Counted from the first letter of the stretch, positions 39,814 to 61,170 are shown. The stretch: 64,000 nucleotides of DNA from Yuukianura sp. NJ FZ-2021 (GCA_046563655.1 CM102286.1:7440001-7504000); one strand, 5' to 3'. Notes: generated by a model not told the origin, from the sequence alone. Translations and numbers: made by a program.

Positions 39814-42800
39814 TTACATACTTGACTGATTCCCTTCAATAGCATCAGCATCACTAACAGCAGTATGAATATTTGAATCAGCTTCCTTGGCAGGTATCAA
39901 CTGTTCGAGTTGAACTTCGGCTGGTTTCTCAATAACAAATGTCTCTTCAAATTCAATAGGAATTGGTCTTGGTTTCTCACTTGGTGTGTCAAGGCTTGGT
40001 CTCTAAAAATTCATAAAAATCAATCTCATCAGTAGAACCGTATTTCAACTTAGTTAATTTCAAAAGTAAGGCAGTGTTAAGTGATGGCTTTACGTCTTCT
40101 GCCATGGGAACTTCGTCAGCTTGTTGTGGAAGTGTTTTGAGCCTTTCCATGTACATTTCGTACACATATTCAACCATTTCCGGCATATCCTTTATTATCC
40201 GTCTTTGCTCCTCTGGAACCTCTTCAGACAAAGCTCTGGTTCCCGGGTATGTCTCCCCTTGATACAGATGCAGCTTCGTTGGACGTCGATTTAGCTGAAA
40301 TTACACAAAAACTATCAGGAATAATTCCAAATTGCAGTTTTTTAAACTCCTTACAATGTCGAAAACTGGCGTGAGCTCGAAGCAATTTGAAAAGAGCTTG
40401 ATTCTTGCAAATATGTACAATCCTAGACGAGCACGAGACATTGCCACAATTAGACGTCGTACGTCTCGAAGATGACCGACAGTCTTAGTCCGTACAAGCG
40501 ACAGCAGGATGTAGTCATTCTGTTGACCCTGGTACTTGTCTACGGTCGATATCTACGGCAACAAAACGCAAAAAGTCATTAGGTTGATGGATTAATTTTA
40601 ACATCAAGGTTGTAGAATTATTAAGAGTGAATTTGAATTTACCTTGTAGGGAAATCCAATGAGTGGGTTATTCCCACATCGGGTGTTTATGACATCGCGG
40701 ATGAGAGCCTTCTGCCCATTGTATGTTGTTAAAATAGTGATTTTCTCTGCCGGATATCCCAGTAGCCGCATGTACATGAACGTGGCTACAACATATTCAG
40801 CTTCTGCCAAGTTCTGGAAGTGAAAACAAACGTTAGCGTTAACATTCCCATTCACAAACCACAAATGTCTATCAAGACCTGAAAGAAGTATGGACTTGGT
40901 TCCGATTCTCCTACGCCGTTGTAATTCTCGACATTAATAACTTGGTACTCCAGTGCGAAGCCAGGGTTAGCAATTAGATACTCCGCTTCTGTTTTGACGT
41001 GAGGTAGATCTCCCAAGTTCTTGTACCTCCATTTGTACAAATCCGAAATACTATAACAACAAAAATTAAGCAATGGATGAACAATAAGAGAACTTGTTCA
41101 TGCATCATAATAGTAGCGCTGTACCTAGCACGGGCTCTGCCCTGGGCGTCTAATTCTACTGCAGGAACACCTAGTCGAACAAACCGAGCGAACAGCGATT
41201 GTTCCATGTTTCCATATTTCTGGAAAGCCATGTTTTTAACGACGGGAGGAAGCTGATGATGATCACCTACAATAAACGCAATTTAGAGCAAGTTTTAGTA
41301 AAAGTTCCAACCTTATTCATTCTTTTTCATTTACCGATCATTATCCACCTCTTGAGTCGTATCCGTCCTTGCTCTGGGTTTTGGAGCAGAAGTGGAATGA
41401 AGGTTTCAATCTCCAGAATTTGTGCAGATTCTTCCATGAGGATGTTGTCATACTGGAAAACTGCAAGGTTAGAACCAATTCAAAAGTAATAGAAAACTCA
41501 GCCGATGAAACATGGTTTGGATGATTATTTACTAATTGCAATTCTTAACTTACTGAGATCTACAAGTTCCCGACGCTTCAGTGCTGCATGGGTACATGTC
41601 ATGGCGATAATTTTCGCTTCTTTCACAAGTAAATACCTGGATCGATCTAGACCGGTCCTTAGCAACTCAAATGCACGAAATTCCTCCAGTTGTTCGAACA
41701 ATTTCTTGATATACCTATTTTAACATTCAGTAACGTGAGAAAATGGACAGATTCAAAGACAATCCAAATACAATTAACATAACGTAAAAACTTTGCTTTT
41801 TGTGAAACATGAACTTACCGAAAGCAGCTATTTGCCGTTTCAATATCTTCCGCTACCGAACTTTTAGAAAAAAGGGGCTGTGGAGCGTCTTCAAAGAATT
41901 TGTTGAACGGGAAGTGCTCTTCAACTGTTTCCAGAGGTAACGCCTGTAAGAGTAAGATTTCCCCAAAAATGTTGTAGGTACTAAATCGTTTTAAAGTATG
42001 TACTTGCGTTAGTATACCTCGGCAGAACTCTTTCTAATTTTGATATTGAATTCTTCCCAGCGTGGCAAAACATGGTAGACAAAGAAGAAGGCACTTGTTT
42101 CACATGTGTAGGAAACATCTCCAACAACGCCCAGTGACTGTTTCAGTCGTTCAACTTCATTCAGAAGTTGAATCCGACTTGCCAAGACGAAGTTAACTCT
42201 TCCATAACGACTAAAATCCTTCTCCGTGTCCAGTTCTTCCTCTCCGTGACCAAGACGAAGCAAATGACGCTCATCCACGTCCTAAACAAGATGAAATCAA
42301 ACATTTAGTTACCAAATACTCAGATTGTAGGAAGTCTTATTATTAGGGACTAATGATAAAGAAATTACACTTACCAAAGCAATGATCTTTTCGAAAAGTT
42401 GATTTAGGGCCTGATTGGAATGTGTAACTATCAGCGTCCTTTGGTCGGGAAAGTTGTGGTATATGTTGGAAATTATTTGAGTAGCTACGTCAGTTTTTCC
42501 AGTGCCTGTAATTATCGCGTATTTAGAAAAGAATGTACAACGTATAACATATAACACCATATACAACAGAGAACAGAGCTAGTAACGAAAGAGAACTGAC
42601 CAGGCGGTCCGACCACCAGCGTTAATCCGGGTTGCATCCCACTTCGAATGGCTTCCACTTGCGTTGCAGTATAGCGAATTTTGTTACTGTAATTAAAATT
42701 AAGCGGGTTAATATAGAAGTTAATAAAAAGTAGTCGTTATATAGGAACTTACAGGTTCGGAGTATTTCTTGGATAAGGACCACGTTTCTCGATAGTGTAT

Positions 42801-45800
42801 GGCTCCACCTCTACAATAGGTTCTACTGGGTTCTCATCTGACTCGTTTTGCTCTACATCTTGAAAAGTCAATCTGTATGACCGCAATAAACTTTGAAACG
42901 TATGAAGCTACAACAAACCGTTTCCCATTGATAATCTCGTTCTTACCTAAATGGTCTCTCTGGAACTTTATCTTCTTGGTTACCTTTGACCACTACTTTG
43001 TGATTAGGGAAACTTTCTTCAATGTGCTTCAAATCCAGAAACGTGTCGTTAAAGTCCAAAACTTTGAGTGTATTCGGCAACCTAAAGTAAATTAACAAAT
43101 TCGGTGAATAACCCCAACCAAGCAGCCCGACCAGAAATTCTCAAGAACATTAATTTCAACGATTATTAGACTCAACAACTTACTTTGAGTAGTGTGCAGA
43201 AGAAGGATCGCCGTATCCTAAAATGATGTCATGAAGCCAGTCAGGAACAACACAATTTATGTTCATAAGATCACGAATCGTCTCCAGGACTGCTTTGAAG
43301 TTATTCTCCTTAGGTTTACGACGCAGGAAAATATTCAACGTTTCATAAACGTCCTACCAAAAATCAAACGATTATATAATCTGTAGACTCGTTTTAGTTT
43401 GAGTTCTTCAAAAGTTTAATTTAGAATTACCTCTTCTCCTTTCGCAATTGCATCTAGATCGATTTTATACTGGTGTGGATCCATCACAACACGGAAGGTT
43501 CGGGTGTCACCAGGCACATGTGGACGTGGACCTGGTCCATCTTCAATCAGTCGACCACCGCCGTCCAGCATTCCTTCGATTTCACATCCCCTCACATAAG
43601 CCAGTCCCACTTGTGATACAAAGTCACCTTTCAGGTCGTACCGAACAGCTAATCAAAACACATAGGAACAAACGTGTTATTTACATTTGGAATGCATTGG
43701 ATAAAAAGATTTAGTCTAGAAGTACTAAGTTTATATGGCAGAGAAACTTACGTGAGGTATTTGGTGGTTTCACAGTAATGAGGAAGCATGCATCGTGTTT
43801 TCTCAGCGCTTCCCATTCGCTCTTAACTTCTTTTCGGACGCTTAACGTTATCGTAACATCAGCACGAACTCGTGACGGGTGATTTTGACCGAGGTTGGGC
43901 TTGGCAACCTCCACCACAGCATAACGCAAAATGGGTTGTGCCATTCGAGCCCAACCGGTGAATAAGGTAGAGTCATCCTCGGATTTCCATGGCTTCAGTC
44001 TGAACACAGCATCTTCAATATCTTGCCGGATTTGATCTGCAACACAAAAAATAAGCATAGAATTGATTTACAGAATACCGACACCATACCGGGAGGAAGT
44101 ACTACTGTTTGTTGAGGCACTTACAGGTTGATTCCAAACGGAACAAGTCAAAATTTCGTAAAAGGTAGTCATGTAAAGTCAGAAACTGTAGATTGAGTTT
44201 GGGAAGAGCAAGTACTTGGCCGGATGAACTGTGATATGCTGATGGAACAACATTTTCATTCCAAATCATTTCTTCTGTTGGGTACAATGCCATGGCGTTT
44301 AGTCTCTTGATCTGTGACACACGCCGCTCATAGTGAAACACCAAAATCTCTAACAACAGGTCTTCGTTTAACTCCTCATCAGCGTCGTATTCACGGTGAA
44401 TTAGATTCAACATGGCAGCCATTTCCTTCACTTTGTCGAAACTGCAATGAAATTCAAATGAAAACAAGCATAGGAAAACTATTTTTCATATAATCATAAA
44501 CTAGTAGAACTAGTACTATTAACGAGTAACCTTACTAGACACAACACAATGACTGTTTTGTTACCTCAATAATTTAAAATGTTTCAACAGTGCAGCCCTT
44601 GTATCCAAGCTATTGACGTTACTCAACGAAAACTGCCGGAGCTCAGGAAACTTGGTAAAAACGGCTTCCTATTGAAACAAAAAATTATTCAATCTATCCG
44701 TATTATTCCATACAAAGAAGTATCCATCCAAACAAAGAAGTTCGTAAAGTCGATGAACTCGAACTCACCTGCAAACTTGTAATTTTGTTGTAATGAATCG
44801 TCATTACATCCATCTCTGACAATGCGTCACCAGTTTCATTTGATATTTCAAAGTGTGCGTAAAACTTGAGACGGTCCAGTAACTACATCCAAATCAAAAA
44901 TCAACAAACGTTTTAAATAAGCGGCTGTCTTATCGCTGTCCATCAACATTGTAAGTAAAGAAATACGTACCTGAGAAAACAGACTTCCGTCTCCATGTTC
45001 TAGTAATGCAGACATGTTGCATTTGACAATTAGATGGAGATCATCGATAAGGACGTTGAGGTATCGTCTGGTAGGCAAGAGAGCTTGAAGGTCGACCATT
45101 AGCTCCACGAATCGCTCACAGTAAAGAAGAAAGTATTTGTCAAGTTCTGGCTGAGTGTAGTCCTGAGTGTCGATTAGTTCCAGAAAATTCTGAATTAAGT
45201 TGTATAAAAACGAGCTCATGAATTTCATTTGTTGCCTTCGCTCATCCGATTCTTTTTCATCCCGTTTCAGCATTGCCTTCCAGTACTTCTTCCATTTTGG
45301 AAAACGAACAAATTCCTGCTCCCGTCGACCCTATATTCAAAATAAATATGAATTAAAAAACATAGGCGGTTGCTGTTTTAGTCATAACTAAACTGGCATT
45401 AACAAGTTTCATGTTATGCTAATAATGTCAAATCAATTCTTGTTTGATTTTTAACGTACCTCCGAAAGGCAATGCCACACATGCAGTGATACCAAATGCT
45501 GGACTTGCTTCCGAACAATTTCCACCTCCAATGACGAGAATGCGCAACTTAGAAAAGTAAGTATTGTGCATTTCTCAACTAATCCACTTCCATCTTTGTC
45601 CAGAATGATTCGCAACACTTGTCGAAAGAACTTTGGAAACTTTTCCGAATCACCTAGGAAAACCTATGAAGAAAATCACATTATAAAGTAATCACTCTTT
45701 CCGACGCCTTTAACAAAGGGAAAACCTTATTGCTTACATTCCAAATTGGAACCCCTTCACGGTGTTTCTCGTTTACCATACACACAATAGACATGACGTG

Positions 45801-46290
45801 AGCGTAAGATGCGATGTCTGGATCGTAATTAGGCCATAAATACTTCTCCAAGTATTGACTAATTTCTAATAATGCTATTCGCTTTGTTTGGAATCTGAAA
45901 CAAAATAATCAAATAAAGGTCCTTGTACATACAAAAGGTGAGGTTTCTTAATAAACTGCTTTACTTGTGTCGGACGACTTCTTCATGGTAGATATCCTCC
46001 ACAATTTGTGCGTCATATGCAGGTTTTGCATCAGAATCGAAACTACCCGCCCAGTATTTCTCTGCCAGCTAAGTACCAAACATAAAAGAAATCATTCCTT
46101 CAATTAGTACTATGACATGACGCCTTCTTGCTAAAAACCTCGACGTTAAATCCAGCGATACAATCCCCCCACCAAGATGCTGCCATACCTCGGTAATTTT
46201 GTCGTGCATTATTTGTAAAACAGAGGGTGTGACGTCCGCCTGCGCCTGACGTTCCCGTTTCTTCGCATCTGCAGTGTTGAATTTCACCAT
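39814..46290 (-). CDS. AQR: RNA helicase Aquarius (intron-binding protein 160), multi-exon
   Basis: [57 protein letters not shown], Walker [45 protein letters not shown]. Confidence 0.96.
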
Positions 46291-47367
46291 TGTCTCTTAT
46301 TTATAGTAGTAGATTAGTAGTGTTTCTGAGATGAAGAAGAAGAGCTGATTATGCTGAAAACCTCCTTGAAAGTTGAAACTACGCCTTGATATCGTTGGCT
46401 CGTTCCCCGTTAAACGTTTGTCTAAAATTCAATAAAAGCCAAAGTAATGTCCATCGTACATTAAACGCTTAACGCTACTTAACTGTAAATGCATAATTAC
46501 TTCATACTCAAGATACAGATTAGGAAGCACGAAGCAACATTTAAACGTAAAGTTCTTCGGTTATGTGTTTCTTTCACCTGATTTAACGCAGTTTTCAATA
46601 ATGAACGACTCGGAACGACGAGATATTTGACGAAGCCAGCGACCGGCTGAATACAAGATGTATCTAGGATTTTGCCAAAAGCTGTAAACTGTAATACTGG
46701 TTAGAAATAAAAACACAACAAAAGCAACAGCAAAAACCAAAGGAGATTTTAGATTTGCAAAGAATTTGCAAAAATCGAAAAGAATGATTGGCGCCCCTGC
46801 TCTACCTGTTCTGGCGCGAGAGATGCTCTTCAGTCTCATTCATTTGCAGAATTGAGTTGCTTTATTTCAATTTTCGCGGGAAGTAATTTTGAATTGGTCA
46901 TTCTGTCCGCGACGGTTAGATATTTGGCATTACCTTTCTTTTTTTGCATGAATTTTTATTTCGCAAGTACAATTGGAATTCAATTCAATAGTAAATATAA
47001 ATTAATAAATTGATTTACTGAGAGTCATTCAGTCGCTGAATTTCAGCGCCTCATCACCTCATTTTTTGGATCACTGGGGATCATAAATTTATAAGTTAGG
47101 TTTGCTTTGCTTAGGTTTGGTTACGGCTATTAACTCCTACTCACACTTAATTTTAATTTGCATTTCGTATTTCGTAATGGTTTGATTTGCAACGTCGAAT
47201 GATTTAATCCCAAACATTTGTTTTGCTTCATCTTTTCGATTGACAACTTTAAATTAGCCAAGTCATTCCATTTACATTTAGTAATCGGTGCATTTTCGGT
47301 CTTCGGTATCTTTAACGTTTAAACGCACAGTCAATCGGATAATCGAGTTTAAATTCAGAGTGAAACC

Positions 47368-49343
47368 ATGAGTTCAATTGGGACCGGGGTAAGATTATGA
47401 ATTCTCGTTTGTTAGATTATGATTCCTGATTTAAGGAAAAGGTGGAACTATAAATAGCGTTTGTTTTTTTAGTATGACCTTTCGGCGTCTCAGTTCTCTC
47501 CGGACGGCCGAGTTTTTCAAGTGGAATATGCTCAAAAGGCGATTGAAAACAGCGGGTACGAATGACAAAGATAAAGAAAAATACTTAATGAAGTATGTAT
47601 CAAGTATTTAATTGATTTATGGATACTAGCTTTACATCAGAAATAAGAAACTAATGCCTGACTCAAACTCTAAACTGATACATCAAATACCACTTACGGC
47701 TTATCTACCGAAAACTCGCGAAGCGAGTTTGCGGCAGATTAGTATCTCAGTTAACTCAGTTTTTAACGCTGATTCCGAATCTGCAATCGGTTTTGAGCGC
47801 TCTCGTCGTTTTCTATTTTTTTCGATTTGCACCACTTCATAAACATTTAGTGCGCCAAATATCCAGGATAGTTTTTCTTCCGGCAGTTGAGTGTGGCGTG
47901 AACCTTTTTGCGTGTCGCCAAGTGGATTCGATTGTGTTCGTGTGAGCACCAGACACTGAATCTACGAATTTAATCGAATGATTCACTTTCAGTGGGTTAG
48001 CTTGTGTTACCGCGCCGAAGGCGCGGCGTTAGGTTTGGTTGAAGTACGCAATAGGGACTACGTCTGTAGGTTCTATTGTCTAAATTTAGGTTAGGTAAAG
48101 TAGTCTGGCCTAAGTAGGTAAGGTAGGCTAACCTGTCTCTTCGAAATTCGGAACGAAAACGTTACTAACCCGCTATTTACTGTCTCAACTCGCATTTCCA
48201 ATACAGGCAGGGGTACCCTAAAAGTCTGAAACGCGGATTAATTTAATTATTAAAAAATAAAAATAAAATAGAAAGCGACGAGACCGCTCAAAACCGATTG
48301 CAGATTCGGAATCAGCGTAAAAAACTGAGTTAATTGAGATATTTATCTCAATTATCCTAGCTTCGCGAGTTTTCGGTAGGAGTTCCCCACTTACTTTATG
48401 TGGGAAATGTTTACAGGACAGCCATCGGGTTGCGAGGAAAGGATGGAGTGGTCTTTGCCATGGAGAAACTAGTGACATCGAAATTATACGAACCAGGAGC
48501 CAATCGACGGCTTTTCGGAATAGATAGGCATGTTGGAATGGCTGTTGGCGGCCTCCTGGCGGATGCTAGGCAAATTGTCGAAACGGCCCGTAAAGAGGCA
48601 TCCAACTATCGCGGCGAGTATGGTGGTGATGTTCCGTTGAAGGTAAGTCAGAAAGCCAGTCAACGAGACTCGTCGCAATATTCATTATTCATAAATTCAT
48701 TTTGGCAAAAACATTTCTCTCCCTTTTATTCAGTATCTTACCGACCGTGTTGCCGGTTACGTTCATGCTTACACCTTGTATAGCGCCGTCCGACCATTTG
48801 GATGTGCAGTAATCGTAGGTTCCATGGAAGCATCTGGCCCTCAGATGTATATGATTGATCCCTCCGGTGTCTACCACGTAACACAAAACTCTGAAAATAA
48901 TGACAATGACATTATAACTTTCTGTGGTAACTTTGTTGTTACTCGTTATAACTTCTAAAATATTGTAGGGTTACAAAGGCTGCGCGATTGGAAAGGCCAA
49001 GCAGGCTGCGAAAACAGAAATGGAGAAACTTGATATCAGTAGCATGGGCATCAAGGATTTAGTGAAAGAAGCTGCCAAGATGTAAGAATGTTTATAAACA
49101 CGTTTTCAAACGTATTTTATGAAATTAAGTAAAACACTAATGAAGTAACGTCCATTGTATTTCAGAATTTACATGGTTCACGACGAAGTAAAAGACAAAG
49201 CTTTCGAACTGGAACTCAGTTGGGTGGGGGAGCACACACGCGGAGTTCACGAGAGGGTTCCGGACAATGTTTTCAGTGAGGCTGAGGCTTACGCCAAGAA
49301 TTCGCTGAAGGAAGATTCGGATTCAGATATCGACGAATCTTAA
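47368..49343 (+). CDS. PSMA3: 20S proteasome subunit alpha type-3 (alpha7)
   Basis: [71 protein letters not shown]. Confidence 0.97.
47698..48386. mobile_element. 689-bp non-autonomous DNA transposon with ~120-bp TIRs and 8-bp TSD (Mutator- or Merlin-like) in PSMA3 intron 2
   Basis: Long inverted repeats (CTACCGAAAACTCGCGAAGC...GCTGATTCCGAATCTGCAATCGGTTTTGAGCG). GG/CC termini. Direct repeat CCACTTAC at 47690-47697 and 48387-48394. Confidence 0.8.
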
Positions 49344-49598
49344 ATCCTATTCCACAACATGAATCCAACAATTAACACAACTATCCCGCCCTCTGTGTAT
49401 TTCTTACGGTTACTGGAAAACATTTTATCAGAGATGAAGGCATCAGAAAGAGTGAACTTCGTAATACGAAGTTCGTATCCAACTTATTATAAGTAAATTC
49501 AAACTTCATAAGTACTGCTTCGTTCGTATTGTTACCTGTTTTATTTCAATGTCTCTCTCTTTGTATAATTTGTATAACTTCGTGGCAAAAGATTAGTT

Positions 49599-50265
49599 TT
49601 AGTCCTTGTGGTTGTGATGATGGTGGTCATGATCGTCTCCGCAGCACTGAACGGCTGGGGGATTACCGGAGAAAGTGTCTGGAAACGCAGGACGAATGTT
49701 ATTCATTTGGGCAAATTCGATCAAATTCCTTCTCATGGCGTACGCATCTTCTCCATCAGCGTAGTATTTTGGCTCGATTTCCGAAATCTTAAATTTTAAC
49801 GTATTTGAGTATAGGTTTAATGCAGCTCGATTGCTTTTTCGGACATGTAGTGAGACGTATCTGGCATTGAAACATTCAATCATAGCTCGAGATGACTGAT
49901 CCATTAGTTTCTGCGCAATTCCCAAACGACTGAAATTCAAAACCCGAATGATGAACAATTACCTACATTTTCTAGAAAAATCGCAAACATTGGTTTTTCA
50001 ATGGCACAAAAAAAGCTTACCGATGTGATCTTTGAACAGCCAAAGAAGTTATGTGTCCATGCGGATCCTCAGTTTCTTCTTCCATTTTAGCCAACACGTA
50101 CCCGACGATTTTGCCCTTGGAGTCTTCCGCGACGAAGCTAAGTTGTGGCCAAGAGAGACCGTGATAGAAGTAGTATTTCATTTGGTAATTTTCGGGGAGA
50201 CAGAGGAGGTTGCAGTGCTGCATGTTCATAAGATCCTCGGGCTTCGCTACTCGAATACTCACCAT
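49599..50265 (-). CDS. NAA10: N-alpha-acetyltransferase 10 (NatA catalytic subunit, ARD1); 2 coding exons
   Basis: [82 protein letters not shown]. Confidence 0.97.
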
Positions 50266-51147
50266 TGTTATCTTTGTTGCAACACGTAAAACGTCCGAAC
50301 TCTGAAAATTACAACGCTTTAATTGAAATCCCATTCTTTACAATTTACAATGTCCTGAGTTATGTACTAAATTATTACTTTAAGCTTCCCTGAAATAGTT
50401 AAAATTAAATGGCTTCTACTAATTCAACGTAGCCTCAAAATACAGATTACCTTTAACGTATAACGAATACGAACGAATAACGATGACCTTCCTGCTTGCT
50501 AGAAAAGTTATGCTCTTACGATGTTCGGAAACGTTGAGATAACCTGACCGCCAAACTAATAAGCACTATAGCAGAGGTCGTTGAAGTTTTACCAAGCGGA
50601 ATTACGCCAAGTAATAACTGTTATTCAATTGATAAATTTTTGATTGATTACCACACCACGACCTGCAGCGAAGCGAAAGCCAAGCCAAGAACGATGACCA
50701 AATTTTTCACCGTCAGATTAATTTTTTCTTGGTGGTTGTCTGCCCGGCTTGTTTTCGTGATTTTGGGTTTTGTGTTTTGATTGATTTTGGATTTTTTTTT
50801 GGAAGTTTTTCGAAATTCAAACGCGGTCTTGCTTTGCGCGTAAAAGTTTATCTCCGACAGATGACGGGATCAGGAAAGGCGTCTTCATGTTTGTGAATGA
50901 ATGCTGCTTCGTTTGCGATGTGCGAATTACGAATCGCAAATTGCGATTCAATTTTGAAAAAAAGTTTCGGAACTTTTAATTTGTTTATTAACAAACAGTC
51001 ATTTATTTTCAGCACGAGATATCTAGCAATTGAAATTAAATAAGTTCAGAAATTTCGGAAAACTGATACTTTGAAAATCACAGAAACAAAGCTGCCTACC
51101 TACAGTTCACGGGTTCAGATATAACTCCTATTTAGAACTGGATTGGT

Positions 51148-57755
<6,608 letters not shown>

Positions 57756-59062
57756 TTTAATTTTAATTGTCTAACTTTTGTGTTACATCTTAATCATGGT
57801 GGAATTTTTTAAACTAATTTTTACACTATATTTAATTGGTTCCGTTAACATTTTATTGAAACTCTGAGACTGAGTCGTTAAATAAAATCGTAAAGTTTTC
57901 ACGAGTTTACAAGTTTGAACTTACTTTCCTCTTTGTCTTTGCTCACAAGAATGAAACGTGACACTGCTCCAATAACACTGACTTTGAAATGTTCTTGAAG
58001 AACTTAGTAAATTTTGCACAACAAGATGTTCTGCTTTTTGCTCTCGTTTTGGCAATCAGTTGCATTAAGTAGGTGTGAAAGCCGGGAGAGAAGTTTCGAT
58101 CGAAGGAAAACCCGGGAGAAGTCGGAAATTTTTTGTCCCAGTCGGCGTCAGCCCAAATCAGCAAATGAATAAACTGCTTGCCAAAGTTTTTAGTTAAGTT
58201 GATTCCCATTTCCTCCAATGTCATTTTCATAAAAATCGATTTTTTGTGGTATTTTATGTGGTCAAAACTGATGAGGGAATATCACTATGATTTTGTATTA
58301 AATATTTCAATTTCTTTCATCCTTACAACACGTGCTTATGAATATGAAGTACTATAAACTTTGCAATATTTCTGCTCGAAGATTTTGCTGAAACCTAAAA
58401 AAAAAATATTTCCATAAACAGCTTTAAAAAATAATGCTTAGTTGTAGAGTTGACGAAAAGAAAATTGTTTATGCAAAAAAAAAACAAAGCTAAGTTTTAT
58501 ATTAAAAAAAATTTGTACAATTTTCTGTTGTATTACAGTTTATTGGTTGAAAAGAATAATTATAATCAGTCGATTTAAAAAGCTTATCTTTGATTGGGAC
58601 TAGGTTAGCTTGTTTCAAGATTAAAGTGGATGCATTAAAGTAACTAATTTCTAAATTTCGAATTTTTATAAAGATTACAGTACTGACAAAAACTGAAAGT
58701 TTAATCAGTTATGACGTGTGAATTCCGGCAAAGTAGTGACATAGTTTTATAATTTTTAAAACTGCTTTAATAAACGTGAGTAACGTTTAAGTTTAAACCT
58801 TTTACTTTATGCTGGTTCAGAAATCAAGAAGCGGCAGACAAGCAAAAAGATAAGTTGTTGCATCAGACTTTTAAACCTCCGCAGCGTATAGTCAAGTTTA
58901 CTCCGGTGTAATCGCTGATCAATCAGCGTTTGATTTTTTTTTGCGTTGTATTGCATAATTGTTAATTTTGAAGGTTAAAATTCAAGCTATAAAACAGTGA
59001 AATCAGTGTAACCTTTATCACAGTTTTATTTTTTACCACTAATTTATAAACGTCGCACGAGG

Positions 59063-60528
59063 ATGGATTTGAAAGAAATTGAAGCAAACTCGTCATTTTT
59101 GCGAGGGTGTAGTCGGCGTCGCTACTATGTCACAACAGCAGCCATTTTTCTTGGCAATATTGCACTTGTAAGAGGAATTTGGAATTTGAAATTAATAGAT
59201 TACTCTGTACAAACAAATCTGTTTCAAACATATTATAGGGAGTGGGATTGAACGCGTACTCCCCTGTTGTAAGCGACTTTGCAACAAAATATGGAAAAGA
59301 AGTAGAAGAAATTTCGTACGTTTTTACAGTATCGACAATCAGTTACCTCATTGGAGCACTTTTGAGTAAGGGCTAAAGCTGAGTTGCGTAGTTATGCTAA
59401 CTAATGCAAGCTAAACTTCAGGTTACTTTAATTTAATTCTATTTTTACCTTTTAGCCAGTTTCATTTACAATTTCATATCCAGACAATTAGGCGTGGTTG
59501 TGTTTCTGTTTGGGATATCGACTGCACTGTACGTTACACCACACTGCCCATCTCTAAACGCATTGTTCGCCACAGCAGCGCTTCTAGGTTTGTGTAGCGG
59601 TGCCTACGACGCTTCGCAAGTCGTTTGGATTATGGAAATGTGGCAAGCCGAATCCGGCCCATTTATACTTGCCCAGCACTTTTTCTTTGCCTTGGGCGCC
59701 ATGATTCCGGGCCTCGTGATGGCACCATTTTTAAGTTCAACTAGTAGTGCCGCCGACACATCAGTCAATCCCCAACATGTTTCCCAGACATGGATTCCAT
59801 TCACATGTCTTGCAGTTGCAGTAACACTGACAGCCATTTTCCAACTTTCTTTGCTCGTCTTCAAGCCATATTCTCCGCCTCCACCAGAAGACCGCGAAGA
59901 TTCAACAATAATCGGAACCCCAGCGTTTTCAAGCAGTCAACATATGCATAGATGGGCAAAACACTTAAAAATTAAATTAATCGTGCTTTCAGCAATTTTT
60001 CTCGGGTTTTACCAAGGAATGGAGATGAGCTCAGCTCAATTCATATCCACTTTTGGACAGTTTGGAGACCATGACATGTCAGAGTCCGAGGGGTCACTGC
60101 TCTACACTGCACAAATGTCAGCTTACACAATTGGACGTGGAGTAGGAATCTTTGCTATTTTGAAAATCCCGCCACACTTTATTCTATTAGTCAACATCAC
60201 GATAGTCATCATTGCAAATATCGTTCTTCTACTTTCAAATTCTGCCGCTTGGGTCCTGTGGCTTGGAGCGTCTCTTTTAGGACTTGGATTTTCAACAACG
60301 TATCCCAGTTTCTGCGCATACATTGAGCGTCATCTTGTTTTTACCAATGCAATAGGATCACTGATGCTCGTAAGTGGATCATCTGTGGGGTCAATTTACC
60401 CTGTAATCATAGGTCAACAAATTAAGGATAACCCAATTGTACTTACATACGTTAATTTCTTTAGTGTAGGTCTTATGTCAATTGCTTTTGCATTCGTACT
60501 AAAACTAACTCTAAGGCGTCAAAAATAA
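59063..60528 (+). CDS. MFS transporter, MFSD4/sodium-dependent glucose transporter 1-like (3 exons)
   Basis: About 12 hydrophobic segments. Motifs G..SGAYDA..VWIMEMW..GPFILAQHFFFALGAMI, FYQGME, GRGVG, GLGFSTTYP. Confidence 0.85.
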
Positions 60529-61170
60529 TTTTAACATTTTTCGGAACAAACTCTAGTGCATTATCGTTTTCAAATTTCTAATAAAACAAATAATCGTCCT
60601 TTGACTTTAAAATCAGTAATTCTTACTCCTTTGGCCAAAAAAAAAAAAAAAGAAAACTTTAGGGAAAAAAAAACGAAAAATTATAAAATTAGCACACTCT
60701 GTAACTTTTCACTGATACAAGAGGAGAGTATCATAAACGTAAATCGGTGAAGTTGCACTGATACCAGAAATTGATTGTGTTTATGACTTATCAAATTGTT
60801 TCAATTGAGTTCACGAACTCCAGTTACTTCTGCGAATCTGTAGTTTGGGAACGTAATCTATAGACACGGTGTGCATACAAACTACGTCAACATAAAATTA
60901 CAGAATACACATCGCCACAAAGAATTTTCAATTTAACACTTCCGCGTCCAAATACTTTCCTGTGACTTGGATTAGCAATGGACTTTGGCAAACGTTATTT
61001 GCAAGCAAAAGTAGGATAAACTCTGACAACAAAAGAGCAACACGAGAATGTATATGTATTTTAATGCGCAAGTTACATCTAGGACATTGTAATTTCAATA
61101 TCACAGGGTGTAGAAGCTGCACACAGTTAATTAAGTGATTTTGTGAAGGGTTAAGTTTAAAAGATCAAAC

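Noticed and set aside
58106..58116. kappaB-like site (GGGTTTTCC on minus) upstream of ABCC4
   Set aside because: A single short degenerate match is expected by chance in 64 kb.
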